DNA of 64,000 bases, taken from NCBI GenBank assembly GCA_964106915.2, contig OZ066925.1; one strand, written 5' to 3'. This stretch comes from Podarcis gaigeae. Its lineage: Eukaryota. This document shows positions 25,716 through 38,080 of this stretch, in pieces (position 1 is the first letter of the stretch; each line of letters starts with the position of its first letter). The notes beneath the pieces are model-generated. The model did not search any database, was not told where the DNA came from, and worked only from the letters and a program-made list of their open reading frames with translations. The translations under genes were made by a program, and so were the position numbers.

Positions 25716-26162
25716 AATAAAAACCAGCAATGATTTTTAAAACACCCCTCCAGCCCAAACTACACAAATCTAACAGAATATACAATTCAGAACCACCAGC
25801 AGTGTCATAAAACAACCCTAACAAACCACTCCAGGAAAAGCCAAGGAAAACAAATAGGTTTTTAAGGCCCTCATAAAATGAAAGGGTGATACTCAGCTAA
25901 GATTTCGTTAATCTGGCGACAACCTTAGAATCTGGAGATCAGCCCAGCACAAAAAACTACTGGACAATGCATCTGTAAGGTACAGACATTTGTCCTTCTG
26001 ACTCTACTGTTATTCCTTTTACATGAAAATAGCATTTATTCAGAACCGAGGAAGACTCTCAACCCTACCAATTTCATTTTGTGGCAGTCATTTGGGGACT
26101 TTCCAAAACAACAAACTATTCATTGGAGCAATGAAGATGTCCTTATCAAAGGTTTAGTTATA

Positions 26163-26403
26163 CAGTGGTACCTCGGGTTACATACGCTTCAGGTTACATA
26201 TGCTTCAGGTTACACACTCCGTTAACCCAGAAATAGTGCTTCAGGTTAAGAACTTTGCTTCAGGATAAGAACAGAAATCTGGCTCCGGCGGCGCGGTAGC
26301 AGCAGGAGGCCCCATTAACTAAAGTGGTCTTCAGGTTAAGAACAGTTTCAGGTTAAGAATGGACCACCGGAACGAATTAAGTACTTAACCCAAGGTACCA
26401 CTG
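26163..26403. mobile_element. Tc1/mariner-pogo MITE (family A, copy 2, reverse orientation)
   Basis: TA-flanked CAGTGGTACC TIRs. Confidence 0.9.
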
Positions 26404-27084
26404 TAGTTTCTTTGAGATAGCCCTTAGTAGACTTCAGCATCCCATTTCATTGGAAGTGGAACTGAGGCGATGACAAAACACATTTATTTCTCTGGTTACC
26501 ATCATACAGATTTTCTGTGGCAGAGTTGGAAATGGAACTTGGGGCCTCTGAATCCCAGGAAGGTGCTTAAGGAATGAGATGATCACCCTCTGCAGAGCAC
26601 CCCCCCTCCCTTCCCACCATATCTGGAAAGACAGGCCCAGCTGTTAGTTCTTTTTATCCCTGGCGCCTGCTTTGCATCTCCAAGGCTTTCCTCAAAAGGA
26701 AGTTAAACACGTTTTTGTTAACATGAAAGCTGAGAATCTGCTTTATATTTCTAATCAGGGATCCAACAGGTTGCAAGGGCCACCAAGGCCAGCTTCTAAT
26801 CTAAACTTCACAGCTGCCTCCTCTGTTCCATAAAAAGATGACCCTCAACTCTTGATCCTAACTTTGGAGGTGGGCGTTTGTGAGGGTGCAGGAATAGAGA
26901 GCTCAGCTTTGCAGCTGAAGGCTATCACAGCAGAAAGGGGAAGCGTAATCATAAACACGCTCACATGCATATATGGACTTGGATGCAACTTGCGGCATTT
27001 ACAGGTGCGATTGCAAGCCCTTGGATCATGCCTGCCGTTTCTCTTAAACTCATAGAGGAAGCTGTATGACAAAAAACAAACATT

Positions 27085-27269
27085 TTAAAAAAATTGTCCA
27101 GTAGCACCTTAGAGATCAACTCAGTTTGTTCTGGGTATAAGCTTTTGTGTGCATGCACACAAAAGCTTATACCAGAACAAACTGAGTTGGTCCATAAGGT
27201 GCTACTGGACAATTTTTTAATTTTTTATTTCGACTGCGTCAGACCAACATGGCTACCTACCTGAATCTA
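27085..27269. mobile_element. Penelope-like element remnant forming a palindrome
   Basis: Contains CCAGTAGCACCTTAGAGA..AAC and CAGACCAACATGGCTACCTACCTGAATCTA, which I recognise as squamate Penelope terminal motifs; inverted arms. Confidence 0.75.
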
Positions 27270-28839
27270 AAAAAAAAATCGTGCAGCGATTAGTTCAGCT
27301 GAATCCTAAGAAAGCATACACAGCACTGCAATCTTACTGAGCAAAGACCAGCTCTCATGGAATAAAATAAAGCACTTTATCTAATTTTTTTTTTTTTTAC
27401 TCTGTATTTTCAAATTGCTATGGCTGTGGGAGGACAACATATATTTAGTTGTCCGTCATCCGCTGTTACAGAGGCCCAGCTGGCTTTCACTAGAAGCTGG
27501 GCATTTTGTACCACTGGTCCAATGCTGTTCAACACTCTTCCAGCAGAGATGGAGCAGACACTTAGTTGGTTTCTCCAAGGCCTTTGACGCTGTTTAATTT
27601 TAATTTTTGCTTAGCTAGTCACCACAATGATTTGTAATCCCCCCTCCCAAAAAACCAGGTGTTTTGTCTGATCAAATCTTGCTTTGTGCCAATCCCACTA
27701 CTGTTCAAATGGCATCTCAACAGCAACAAACACCTTGATCCATGTTGGTGATGTGTATGTGAATAAAACACTGTAGGTTTGGCTAGAGGTGGGCTGGTTT
27801 ACCCAGGTGTGGAATGGCCCTCTCTGATCTCCTGCACAACCATTTCCTTTGTTCTCTGTTGCATTGTTCGCTCCACCGTTGAGAACTTCAAATGCTTCCC
27901 AGGTTTTTACACACACACACACGCACATATATATATAGAAAATCCACTTATGCTGCCTTTGGTGTCAAGTCTAACAAAATCTCTCTCTGAGGTGAAATAC
28001 ACAGGGCTTGCCAAAAGCCATCCAACATCACTTGGAGCTGAAGACGGAAAACATATATAAACATTTCAGCTTCACCTTTTTCTTTTCCTATGAGAATTTA
28101 TAATAGGAACAATGAACTTGACCTGGTGCATTTCCTGTGGGTATAATGTGACCCGCAAGGGTTAATGGCCTGTGGGTTTGCCTTGGGCTATCATCTCCCC
28201 CAGCCACTGATTAATCCTGAGCCCCCATCATTATCCCTTAAATGGAGCCTTTGAATTGAAAATTATTTTGGAATGGAATTTGCTGCTACACTGAGCTTCA
28301 TTCATCACACTGAACTTGCCTCCTCCCTCAGAGTTAGCTGCATTTGCTTGGCTGAGGGTAACTGGTTGGATGGCCTCTGCTAATTATCTTAAAGAGTAAA
28401 TAAAAGGAGAGATTAAAGGGCTGGAGAAGTGGAGTGCAACATCTCTTACTTGTCTGCATTAGAGTTTCACTGGTAGCCTTCAGTATATACTGTGGGCTAT
28501 ATTCTTCCTAGTACAAATGCAACACCTCCAATCTGCTGCTATGGGGGGGGGGGTTGAGATTAAACAGCTCACCAACAAATTCAGGTTGCACAATTAAAGT
28601 GGATTTGGCACTCTTTGGTAACAATCTTGATTCATTAAAAAGTCCAGACTACAGCAGTAAGGAAAGTGATGGGGAACTGCACTGGAAAGTGTGGGATAAC
28701 AGTTGCTTGACATTGTATAATCTTCCCACAAATAACCCAGAACGGATGCTAAATAAACACTCGATGTCACATAACCTCCTTACAAATTCAGTGCAAGCAA
28801 GCCAAGATGAATGCTTAATGAACAGGTCTGGAAGCCCTC

Positions 28840-28925
28840 AAAAAGTCTTGTGGCACCCTGAAAACTAGCAAATCTTAGTGTGGCAAAAGCTTTTGTAGAT
28901 CAGAGTCCGCTTCGTCCACTGTATG
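28840..28925 (-). mobile_element. Degraded Penelope-like remnant
   Basis: TCTTGTGGCACCCTGAAAACTAGCAAATCTTAGTGTGGCAAAAGCTTT..GTCCGCTTCGTC is the reverse-orientation counterpart of 23925-24025. Confidence 0.45.
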
Positions 28926-30303
28926 GCTTGTGATGCTTAATTGTCAGGAGGGTAGGGGCACAAAATGAATATGGAAAAGTTGGAATAAAATGGCAATGGA
29001 ATGCTAAAGGATAATCTGTGGGTGATTCCAGAATGAATTCTCCTAGTACTAAATCACTGCTTTTCTGATATAAGCTACAATTGGAATTTCAATGGTCAGC
29101 AGTTTTTTTGTGCATTTGCTATTTTCTTTTTTGTACCTATGGAACTGATCATAGCTGTGTGGGCAGCAAAGGGCAGTTCCTTCTCTCCCTACTGCTCTAC
29201 CTCCCCTCTTTCTTCCCTCTCATGCTCTCCCTAGCTTTCAGAGAAGGGGTCCATACATGTCTGATACCTGGGAATTTGAAGAAAAAGGCAGCAGTCCTTA
29301 AGAGACCCAAAATAAGCCCTGAAGGTAAAGAGGAGTACTGTATGAATGAAAACAGGGTTCTTGAAGAGGATGGATAAGAAAAAAAATATGTCGCTGAATC
29401 ACGTGGCAAAATAATGCAGAAGATGATTCTGAATATACCATTTTAACAAAGACACACAGTTAACACCAGCCGTACTCTGAGAGGAACCCCTTTATTATGT
29501 GAATCTCACTGTGTGCTTCTCCTTGTCATGGAGCTTCCAGATCACCGGAGGTCTAAGTGAGCAGGAGTCTTGTTCGTTCCAGCCTCTGAATAGTTTTTCC
29601 CCCAAGACTGCTGGGATAACAGAAGCCTGAGGAGCAGACGTGGGAAGCTCTTTTTAGTCTAACTATACCACTAGTTTTAAAGTGGCTGGTGGGAAGGGAA
29701 CCAAGCACGTATATTCTTCTTTCTCCCCTTCCCTGCCTTTCACCATCTCAAAGAAAGTTTGCACGTTAATTTAATTGCAGAGCACCCATAAGCAGAACAC
29801 TTTGAGTTTCCAACACAGCTCCGTGGGACTGGAACTGCCATTTCTCATCCCAACTGGGTTTCAAGGAAGCCATTGTGGTATCTTGTATCACCCTCAAGGG
29901 CAGTCCTTTCGAAGGACATAATCAAAGAGGTTCAGACACTACCTATTATATATACGGGGGAAATTGTGGCTCGCGGTATAGGAAGGATGTTCTGCCATCG
30001 TGACCGGTGCTTTCCCCATGAAGCTGCCTGCCAGCATTGGTATGGATGCTAAGGCTGTGTACATACAACATTTTCTTCTAGAATTATCAATTCCAGCTTC
30101 AGTATCTCAGTGGTTGCCATTAGTGGCACTGCTGTCTTGTAGGATGACTATGCATGGCAACTGGCCATAGCCTATTTAAACAATGCAAATGATAATTGAG
30201 GCTGAAACGTTTAGACAGCAATCCTACATATGCTATGCACAACACTCTTTGGAAATAAGTTCATGTGAACTCAAGGGGGTTTGTGGCTTTGTAGACATGC
30301 ATA

Positions 30304-30438
30304 GTAAAGGTAAAGGGACCCCTGATCGTTAGGCCCAGTCGCGGACGACTCTGGGGTTGCGGCGCTCATCTCGCTTTATTGGCCGAGGGAGCCGGCGTAC
30401 AGCTTCCGGGTCATGTGGCCAGCATGACTAAGCCGCTT
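30304..30438 (-). mobile_element. 5'-truncated Sauria SINE (subfamily 1)
   Basis: Near-identical to 14845-14978. Confidence 0.85.
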
Positions 30439-32399
30439 AGCCATCATTATTGGGTTGGAGTAAACCATTGTGACCCTTTAGACCTATCTAAAAGGTGCTT
30501 GTTTATTGGACAGCACCTTCTTTTGTAAGTTTTGAAATTACTTTGAATATACTGTATAGGTATTTGCAGGGCTTTTTCCCCAGCTGGAACTCACTGGAAC
30601 TCAGTTGGTTACCATTGTCATTATAAGAGAACATGGTGAGTTCCAGCATCTTTTTCCCCTAGAAAAATAGCACTTTGTTTGCAAACAAGCAAAATATCCT
30701 TGATGTCATGAACTGGCAGTACAACGGGGAGGTGGAAGAAGATCCTGGGTGTGGGTGTGACTGGGGATGGAGAAGGAGAGGCTGGTGTAGAAAGTACACA
30801 CCCACTGTTCATTATTTGAATCTGTATCTTATATAAATCCTGTGTAGTATTTGTAAGAAAGATGTTATACAGCCCAAACATTGATTGTGAATCAGGTCCC
30901 TCTGCTGTAGTATCCCTGGGAATATATTTACCAAGCCAGTGGTGGCATCTCCTTATGTGATGGGTTAACTGGGATTATTTTCCCGGCACTTGCCTAGAGC
31001 AAAGAAAAATATATTCAAGTTGAATCTCCCTTCTTCCTATGGTTTGATGGGGCCAGAGCCTCCTGGGGCAAAGGTACAGCTTCCACCTGTGTTTTAATCT
31101 TGGCACATCTGAGTTTACAGATTAAACACTGGAGGGTGCCCAGCTGGCTGACATGGACAAAGGGGCCACCCACAACTCCTTAACTTTATTTGGAGTGCAG
31201 CAAGCCTAGCATTGCGCTGTGTACAGCCTTTTGTGTTTTGGCAAGGAAGCTGGATTGGGGGAGGGTGAAGGCAAGGGGAATCAGGAAGACGAAAAGGAAG
31301 CAGGGCGATCGAAAAGATGCTTTCACTTTGCAGACGGTTCTCTGTGATTACAAAACTAGTACTTAAAACCATTTGTACAGCGTTTTGACAAAGAGAGAGG
31401 GAGAGATTTATATTGTTTATTGGGGTCTTTGATAGAAACTGAAACTGAGGTTGTTATAAGAACTCTGGAAATAGTAAGCAATTAAAACGAGACAGCTGTT
31501 ACTCAAGTCTTTTCCAGTCTCCCAGGAACCCAGCTCATATTGCAGCCTGAGTGCATGCTGCTTTTCATTGGCTCCAGGCCACTGTTTATGTCACAGCCAA
31601 ACGGGCCTCAATTTTAGTTTGGCCTGAAGGAGAGCAAGGAAAAAAAATTCTGATACTTGGACAGTATTTTAAAAGCGCTGAGCCACAGTGCTTCAGATGT
31701 AAAAGGCACCCCTCCCAGAAGTGGTTCAGTTTTGAAGAGGACACTCCTCTGTTTGCACGTCTGCCTGGTCCAAGTCCAATTGAAAGATAAAAGTTCCCTA
31801 AGCAGGAGGAGAAGCAGCCCTGAAGTTGCCTATCAACAGTTAGGACTTGGGCAGCAGACTGAGGCCGCAGTTCCACCCAGGGCTGACCCAAGACATTTTG
31901 GCACCTCAGGCAAACCACAAGATGGAGCTTCCCCTGCCAGGGAAGAAGGGGTGAATGAAGATCTACATTGGGAACAAAGGAATAAATATCTACATTGGGG
32001 AAAAGGGGGAGGGGAATCAAATCAAATCTTACCCAACAGTTGAAGTGGGAATCAAAGGCTGTTGCAGGGTGTGGGTGGGTGTGCTGTGCTAGGTGGGTGC
32101 AGAGTCCAAGAGACCCCAGAGATTACCATGTCCTCCTTAGGAGTAGGAGGAAACCAGCAGCACTTTCTATATGCCGAGAGGCCACTGTAGAAGCGGCATG
32201 GGGGAGCTGCCAAGGAGGCAGCAGGTCTGGCCTCTGAGGGACGTGCTGTGGCCATCATTGCTACTGTGGACATGGAGATGGCAGAAGGTGATGCATTCTG
32301 TGGGGCTGGAATTGCTGCCCCCCTGGGGCAAGCTTGCATTGCCTCATGGGTGTGCCAAGCATGTTCACAGAAGAACCATGTTCACAGAAGAAGACCTTG

Positions 32400-32690
32400 C
32401 TAGATCAGGCCAATGACCTATCTTGACCACAGTAGTCACTCAGATGCCTGTGGGAAACCTGCAAGCAGGACTTGAGCATGACAGCACTCACTCTACCTGT
32501 GGTTTCCAGCAACTACATTGATGCCTCTGACCATGAAGCTAGTAGCCTTTGTTAGCCTCATCCTCCATGAATTTGTCTAATCCTCTTTTAAAGCCATTCA
32601 AGCTGATGGCCAACGCTGCCTCGTGTGAGAGCAAGTTCCATAGTTTACTATGCGCTGTGTGAAGAAGTACTTTCATTTATCTCGACTGAA
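32400..32690 (-). mobile_element. CR1 LINE 3' fragment
   Basis: CCTCCATGAATTTGTCTAATCCTCTTTTAAAGCCA..GTTCCATAGTTTACTATGCGCTGTGTGAAGAAGTACTT; the minus strand reads like the CR1 ..KYFFTQRIV..WN..GFKRGLDKFME end. Confidence 0.75.
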
Positions 32691-34456
32691 TCTCTGTGTC
32701 AAAGTCATGCTGAGGGCAGCGCATGGCTCACAAATGTTTGCCTCTGCCTTCTAAGGTACAGGGATCCCCATGGGACTGCAGTCATCAACATACTTGGTCA
32801 ATTTACTTGGGTAGTTTTTAGATGAAGCGATGGACAATTTTGACACTTGGGTCATGTCCCCGGAACGAGTTATATAACCAACTGTGAGAAGAAACTTTGC
32901 ACAGTTGAAGATCTCGCCCTTGGCAAAAAATATCAGCTGAAACTGATATTTATTTCGTGAAAGGTAGGAAGGGAAATCTGCGAGTACTGCTGCCCACAAA
33001 ACATGGCTGATGTTTGTGCAATACTCAGATTCCAATCAGGCCCAAAGAGTGGTGGTGATTTCATTTTATGGAAGAACAAAAATTAATCTGTCTAAGATCG
33101 CTTTGTCGTGAAGGGTAATTTCAAAGCTTTTGTATAAAACAGCACAGGACAAAGTAAGGGAGGGAAACAGACTGAAGAAACCCCTTAAGGGAGGAAGGGA
33201 GGATGAGTGTCTCTGTGCTAATGCATTTGATGAGCATTATCAGGAAACAGCATGTAGCTCGAGTCCCATGAAAAGTAAAATAGCACCAAAAAAGGGGGGA
33301 GGGATTAAGTGAAAAGTGTTGAGCACATTACAGATACCATTACCATTCTGAGTGACGAAAAGTTCCTCAGAGACCAAGTTCTCTCAATGTGGTAATTTCC
33401 ATGAATCTTCTTTCCAGCCTTTTTGCATTTGGAATATGGTCAAACCACAGTTGTTTCATTCTTCAGATCTGTTGGTTGGCAACTGCATTGGTTGGAGGAC
33501 TAGGTTGCTAAGCCTGGAGCAGCAATCTTAGGTTACAGGTGGGATTGATGAAATCAAATTTGGTTGATTGGATCACTGCCCATGGCAGGATGGAGAGGCT
33601 CCAGTCTCTCAGATGTTGCTGAACTACAACTTCCATTACTACAGAAAGTTCCTCAGCCCTGCCCTATGGTATTGATCTTTTCAAATAAACAATTACTCTA
33701 AAATGATCCATAGCCCACCCATAAATGCAAGCCATCAGTCAGGTGCTCCCTTGCAGCTTTCAGCATCCAGGATCCCTTAAAAATGCTTTGGACTCCAACT
33801 CCCAGCATGCTCTGCTCAGTGGGGCTAATGGCAGCTGCAGTCCAGAAACATCTGGAGGGTAGCAGGTTAGTGAATGACAACTTTCTTTCAAAACAATGCA
33901 CCAAACATTCTGCTTTCAAGTTCCAAAATGGAGACTGTTTGTCTTAACTGAAAACAGCTATCTTCTTGGAATTAAAACAAGTAATTAGAGGGCTGTTTTG
34001 AAATACTACTCTCTTTCTAAAAGAACAACAGCAGCAGCAGCTGTAACTACTAGGACTGCCCATCACTATGTTTCACTGTGAAAGCCAGAAAAAAATGTCA
34101 TCAAAAGGAGATGCGGCAAACTCCAAAGTAGAGCTGATTTGCTTTTTTTGCCTCTCCGAATAACAGAAGTTTTTACTAACCACTTAAAGAAACACTGAAC
34201 AGGAAATATAAAAATAGTTATGCGAGAAGCTCTTTCCCTCTGAAAATATTATTTTAGCATACCTTGTGTATAGTGTAATAATTCCAAACGAAACATTGTT
34301 AAAAGTGCAAAAATAAGCAGGCTTGAAACATGCTATGGAGTATTTCAGGGTGATTAATAGCTTAGGATTGAAAAAGTGAGTGACAAGACAGAGAGAGAAT
34401 GAGAGTGAAGGATGGCTTAAGGCAGCTGGGAGAGTGCGGGAGAATTTACAGCTGAC

Positions 34457-34998
34457 TAGGGATGAACGAATCTGTTGGGTTTGGTTCTCCCAGTTCCTGA
34501 TTCCACCCCCACCACACCCGCGGTCTTAAATTCAGTTCTCCATTCTGCAGCAATTACAGATAATAAAAAAAAGATCCTCATGGAAATTCACCAGCATTTT
34601 GCTGTGAATTTCTCCTAGCTGACACATTTTTGCATGTTGTTTTGAAAATATATACGGTACATTTTAAAAGCAAGTTACTCTAATAATTTTTGTGTGTGTG
34701 TGTTATATTTATATACGTCCTTTCATCCAAAGATCATAGAGTGAGTTACAATATATACAACATATTTTATATATGCATATATGTTTGTATGTGTGTATAA
34801 TTTTCACTAATATAGGAATACTTTAATATATGCATATTTGTACACCTTACTTGGCTGAAGTGACTGCATTGCAAAATTAAGATAAATGTTAATTTTGAAT
34901 GTTATCTGTCTTTCTGTTGCATATCGCTTCGGAAAGCGTTAAATTAGGGTGGTTTGCCTTTAAATGTGAACTTGAATTTAATTTCTCCACCATCCCTA
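34457..34998. mobile_element. hAT non-autonomous element (TAGGGATG termini)
   Basis: TIR TAGGGATG ... CATCCCTA; 8-bp TSD CAGCTGAC / CACCTGAC (7/8 match). Confidence 0.75.
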
Positions 34999-36565
34999 CA
35001 CCTGACCAATCTGATTTATATGTTTGGAATTTTATTATTTGTTTCAAACATATTCCATTGTGCAGTGCTGCCCTTAATTCAGAATTGCTTCAGCTTTCAC
35101 ATATGATCATGGTTTCAGTGCAGTCAATGCTATTGATTAGTAGATAAGGTGGTAGATAAGATTTGAGGGCTATTTCATACATTATGCAGGATAAACCTGG
35201 ATTTACCTCCTAGTGTACACTCAGCGGGGAACTGTGGCTAATTCTGGTCCCCCAGTGGGTTTGCTTATTTGATGCAAGTGTGTGAAAACATTGATCTTTG
35301 TCACATTCACACTTTTAGGTGAAAACATATTGGGAGTACAGCTCGAAATAAAAAAACAACAAGGAAGGCATGATATAAAACTGCAAAATAAACACTGTTT
35401 AATGCAAACGTGTGTAATGAAATCAAAATAGTTTTTTAAAAAAATAAAATAAAAAGTCACATCAGGAAGCTGCCGTTTTAAGGGGTTTTTTGTCTCTTTT
35501 TGTTTCCTCAAGATGCTCCCCCAGTGAATTTACAGGTGTGCTTTCATCCCTGTAAATTTACCCTTGTGTAGTTGGTGTTGGCATTCTATATACTAAATGC
35601 GCACTAGGACAGCAAAGAGTTTTAGGATGCCAGCGCCCTTATTCCTTTGCTCCAGGCATCTGAGGCTGCTTTTAATTTAAAAACAAATACAACAGAGACA
35701 CACACTTGTATGTAATGTGTAGTTTGGCCAAAAGATTGGGCTTTTGTTAGTTTTGCAGGAATGCCATAGTTGAGAGGCACAGCTACCAAAAATATCGCTG
35801 TATGTATCCTTGCAGTCCTGATGGCATGTGAACAAGAAGCTGTTGTAAGACAATTGTAGGACTAAATTCTGTATTATTGTAAGCACATAGCTCAGAGGCC
35901 TGGTGAAAAAGAAATGTTTTGCCTGGTGCATAAAAGCATGTCATGATGGCACCAGATGAGCCTTCCTGGGGAAAGCCCTGGAGTGCAACAGCATCTGGAG
36001 GTCCACAGGTTTTCTATCTGTCCCCTAGGGACATCAAGTTATGAGATGTGGATACAATGGTGTCTCCCCTATTTCCTCCATTTTCCTGATTGCAGATCCC
36101 TTTTCGTATACTGTATATGTATTTGCCCACCAGTTGATGTTTTATCTGAACCATGTTTACAAGGTGTTGATTAATAACTTGATCCTCATAAACAGGAAAG
36201 ACAGAACCCTTAAAATAAATCCCCTGCTTTGCTTTTTAGAGAAAACCAACAAAATAAGAGAACTAAATAATCAGTGCCATTAGTTATTTTGATCAGATTG
36301 GAATCTTAAATGCCGAAACAGTAAGAATATCTGTATGGCGCAGTGTAGCAGAATATTGACAGTGTAACTATCTCCATAGCTTTCTACAGCATTACTGTCC
36401 AGATAATTATTTTGAGACATTAGGTTCTAACAATTTATTATGAGGCCAACATTATGTGATGTTTTATAATAAAGTTTTGAACAGGGAGACCTGAAAGACA
36501 AATAATTTTTTTACTAGTTCACTTAGATTTTGATTGTTTACATTACCTCACAAATGGGTAACCTA

Positions 36566-36808
36566 CCGTATTTTTTGCTCTATAAGACTCACTTTTTCCC
36601 TCCTAAAAAATAAGGAGAAATGTGTGTGTGCAGGCTGCGCAGCTATCCCAGAAGCCAGAACAGCAAGAGGGATTGCTGCTTTCACTGCGCAGCGATCCCT
36701 CTTGCTGTTCTGGCTTCTGAGATTCAGAATATTTTTTTTCTTGTTTTATTCCTCCAAAAACTAGGCGCATCTTGTGGTCTGGTGCGTCTTATAGAGCGAA
36801 AAATATGG
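36566..36808. mobile_element. pogo/Tigger-like MITE (family B, copy 2)
   Basis: TA|CCGTATTTTTTGCTCTATAAGAC ... GTCTTATAGAGCGAAAAATATGG|TA; reverse copy of 1187-1429. Confidence 0.9.
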
Positions 36809-37854
36809 TAATTTGTATCTAAAAGGCCCGTCGTGCTGATATCCTGGCTGAATTATTTTATCCAATGCCTGACACTTTGCTATTGATCCTTCTGTTGTGC
36901 CATATGCTACTCATGGTACAACTTGCGTTAGCGACAAAACGTGCTTTGTGACAAGTGCAACATTAACAATATGTGGTGATATCATGCATGGCATGGCTTT
37001 TGCCTGGCTTTGGCTCATGGGGAGAGAAAGGGCTCTTGCAGTGCAAAGCTGCCAGGAATGATTGCCAGTGCAAGCGTTTTCCATAACTTCTTCCATAACT
37101 GTTCCTTGACTGTAATTAGAGCAAAATGTACAATTAGTGCTGCAGTTACAATCTTTGTTTACTGCCTAAAAAGCAAAGCAAAACTCTCCTGTTAACAGAA
37201 TTTCCTTTGTAGTGGCATGAAGCTAAGGTTTGTTGCACAAAAAAACCATTGGCACAGGTTTGGGGAGATATGACAATCCTATGTTATGAACGTTATTATA
37301 AGTTGTTTCAGTGGGATTGCTTGACCACAGTTGTCCATGCGTTGGTAATTTCACACAGGACGACTGCAATGCACTCCATGTGGGGTTATGTTTGAGGTTG
37401 GTCTGGAGGTTGTAGGTGGTGCAGAACGTGGTCACCAGGTTCCCTATGGGGGCAAGCTACTGACAGTATATAACACTGCTTGTGGGATTTGCACTGGCAA
37501 TCTGCTACTGGGTCAAGTTTGAAGTGTTACTACTAACATAAGAGACCCTATGCAGCCCAGGATCAGTGTACTTGAGAGATGGCCTGATTCCTTATGCTAT
37601 ATATACCCAGCAAGTCACTGCAGTCTGTAGGACAGCTTCTCCTTCATTTCCCTATTGCTGTATGTTTTTTGATAATGACAGATATTCTCTCTATCACACT
37701 GAACTGTCGGGCAAGTGATAAAATCATAGAGATGGAAGGACCTTAGAAGCCATCTACCCTGCACAAAGAAATAGAAAGTTGGTTTGTGGGAGGAGGAAAA
37801 CAAATTGATGTATTTTGATGTAACACTAAACCATAGTGTTACATGAATGAGATA

Positions 37855-38080
37855 CAGTGGTACCTCGGGTTACATACGCTTCAGGTTACAGACTCCGCTA
37901 ACCCAGAAATAGTGCTTCAGGTTAAGAACTTTGTTTCAGGGTGAGAACAGAAATTGTGCTCCGGCGGCGCGGTGGCAGCAGGAGGCCCCATTAGCTAAAG
38001 TGGTGCTTCAGGTTAAGAACAGTTTCTGGTTAAGAACGGACCTCCAGAATGAATTAAGTACTTAACCCGAGGTACCACTG
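37855..38080. mobile_element. Tc1/mariner-pogo MITE (family A, copy 3)
   Basis: TA-flanked, perfect CAGTGGTACCTCGGGTTA TIRs. Confidence 0.9.

Noticed and set aside
31551-32416. Cluster of 80-144 aa ORFs
   Set aside because: No recognisable domain or splice framework; includes a TE-like fragment and a short ATCTACATTGGG duplication.
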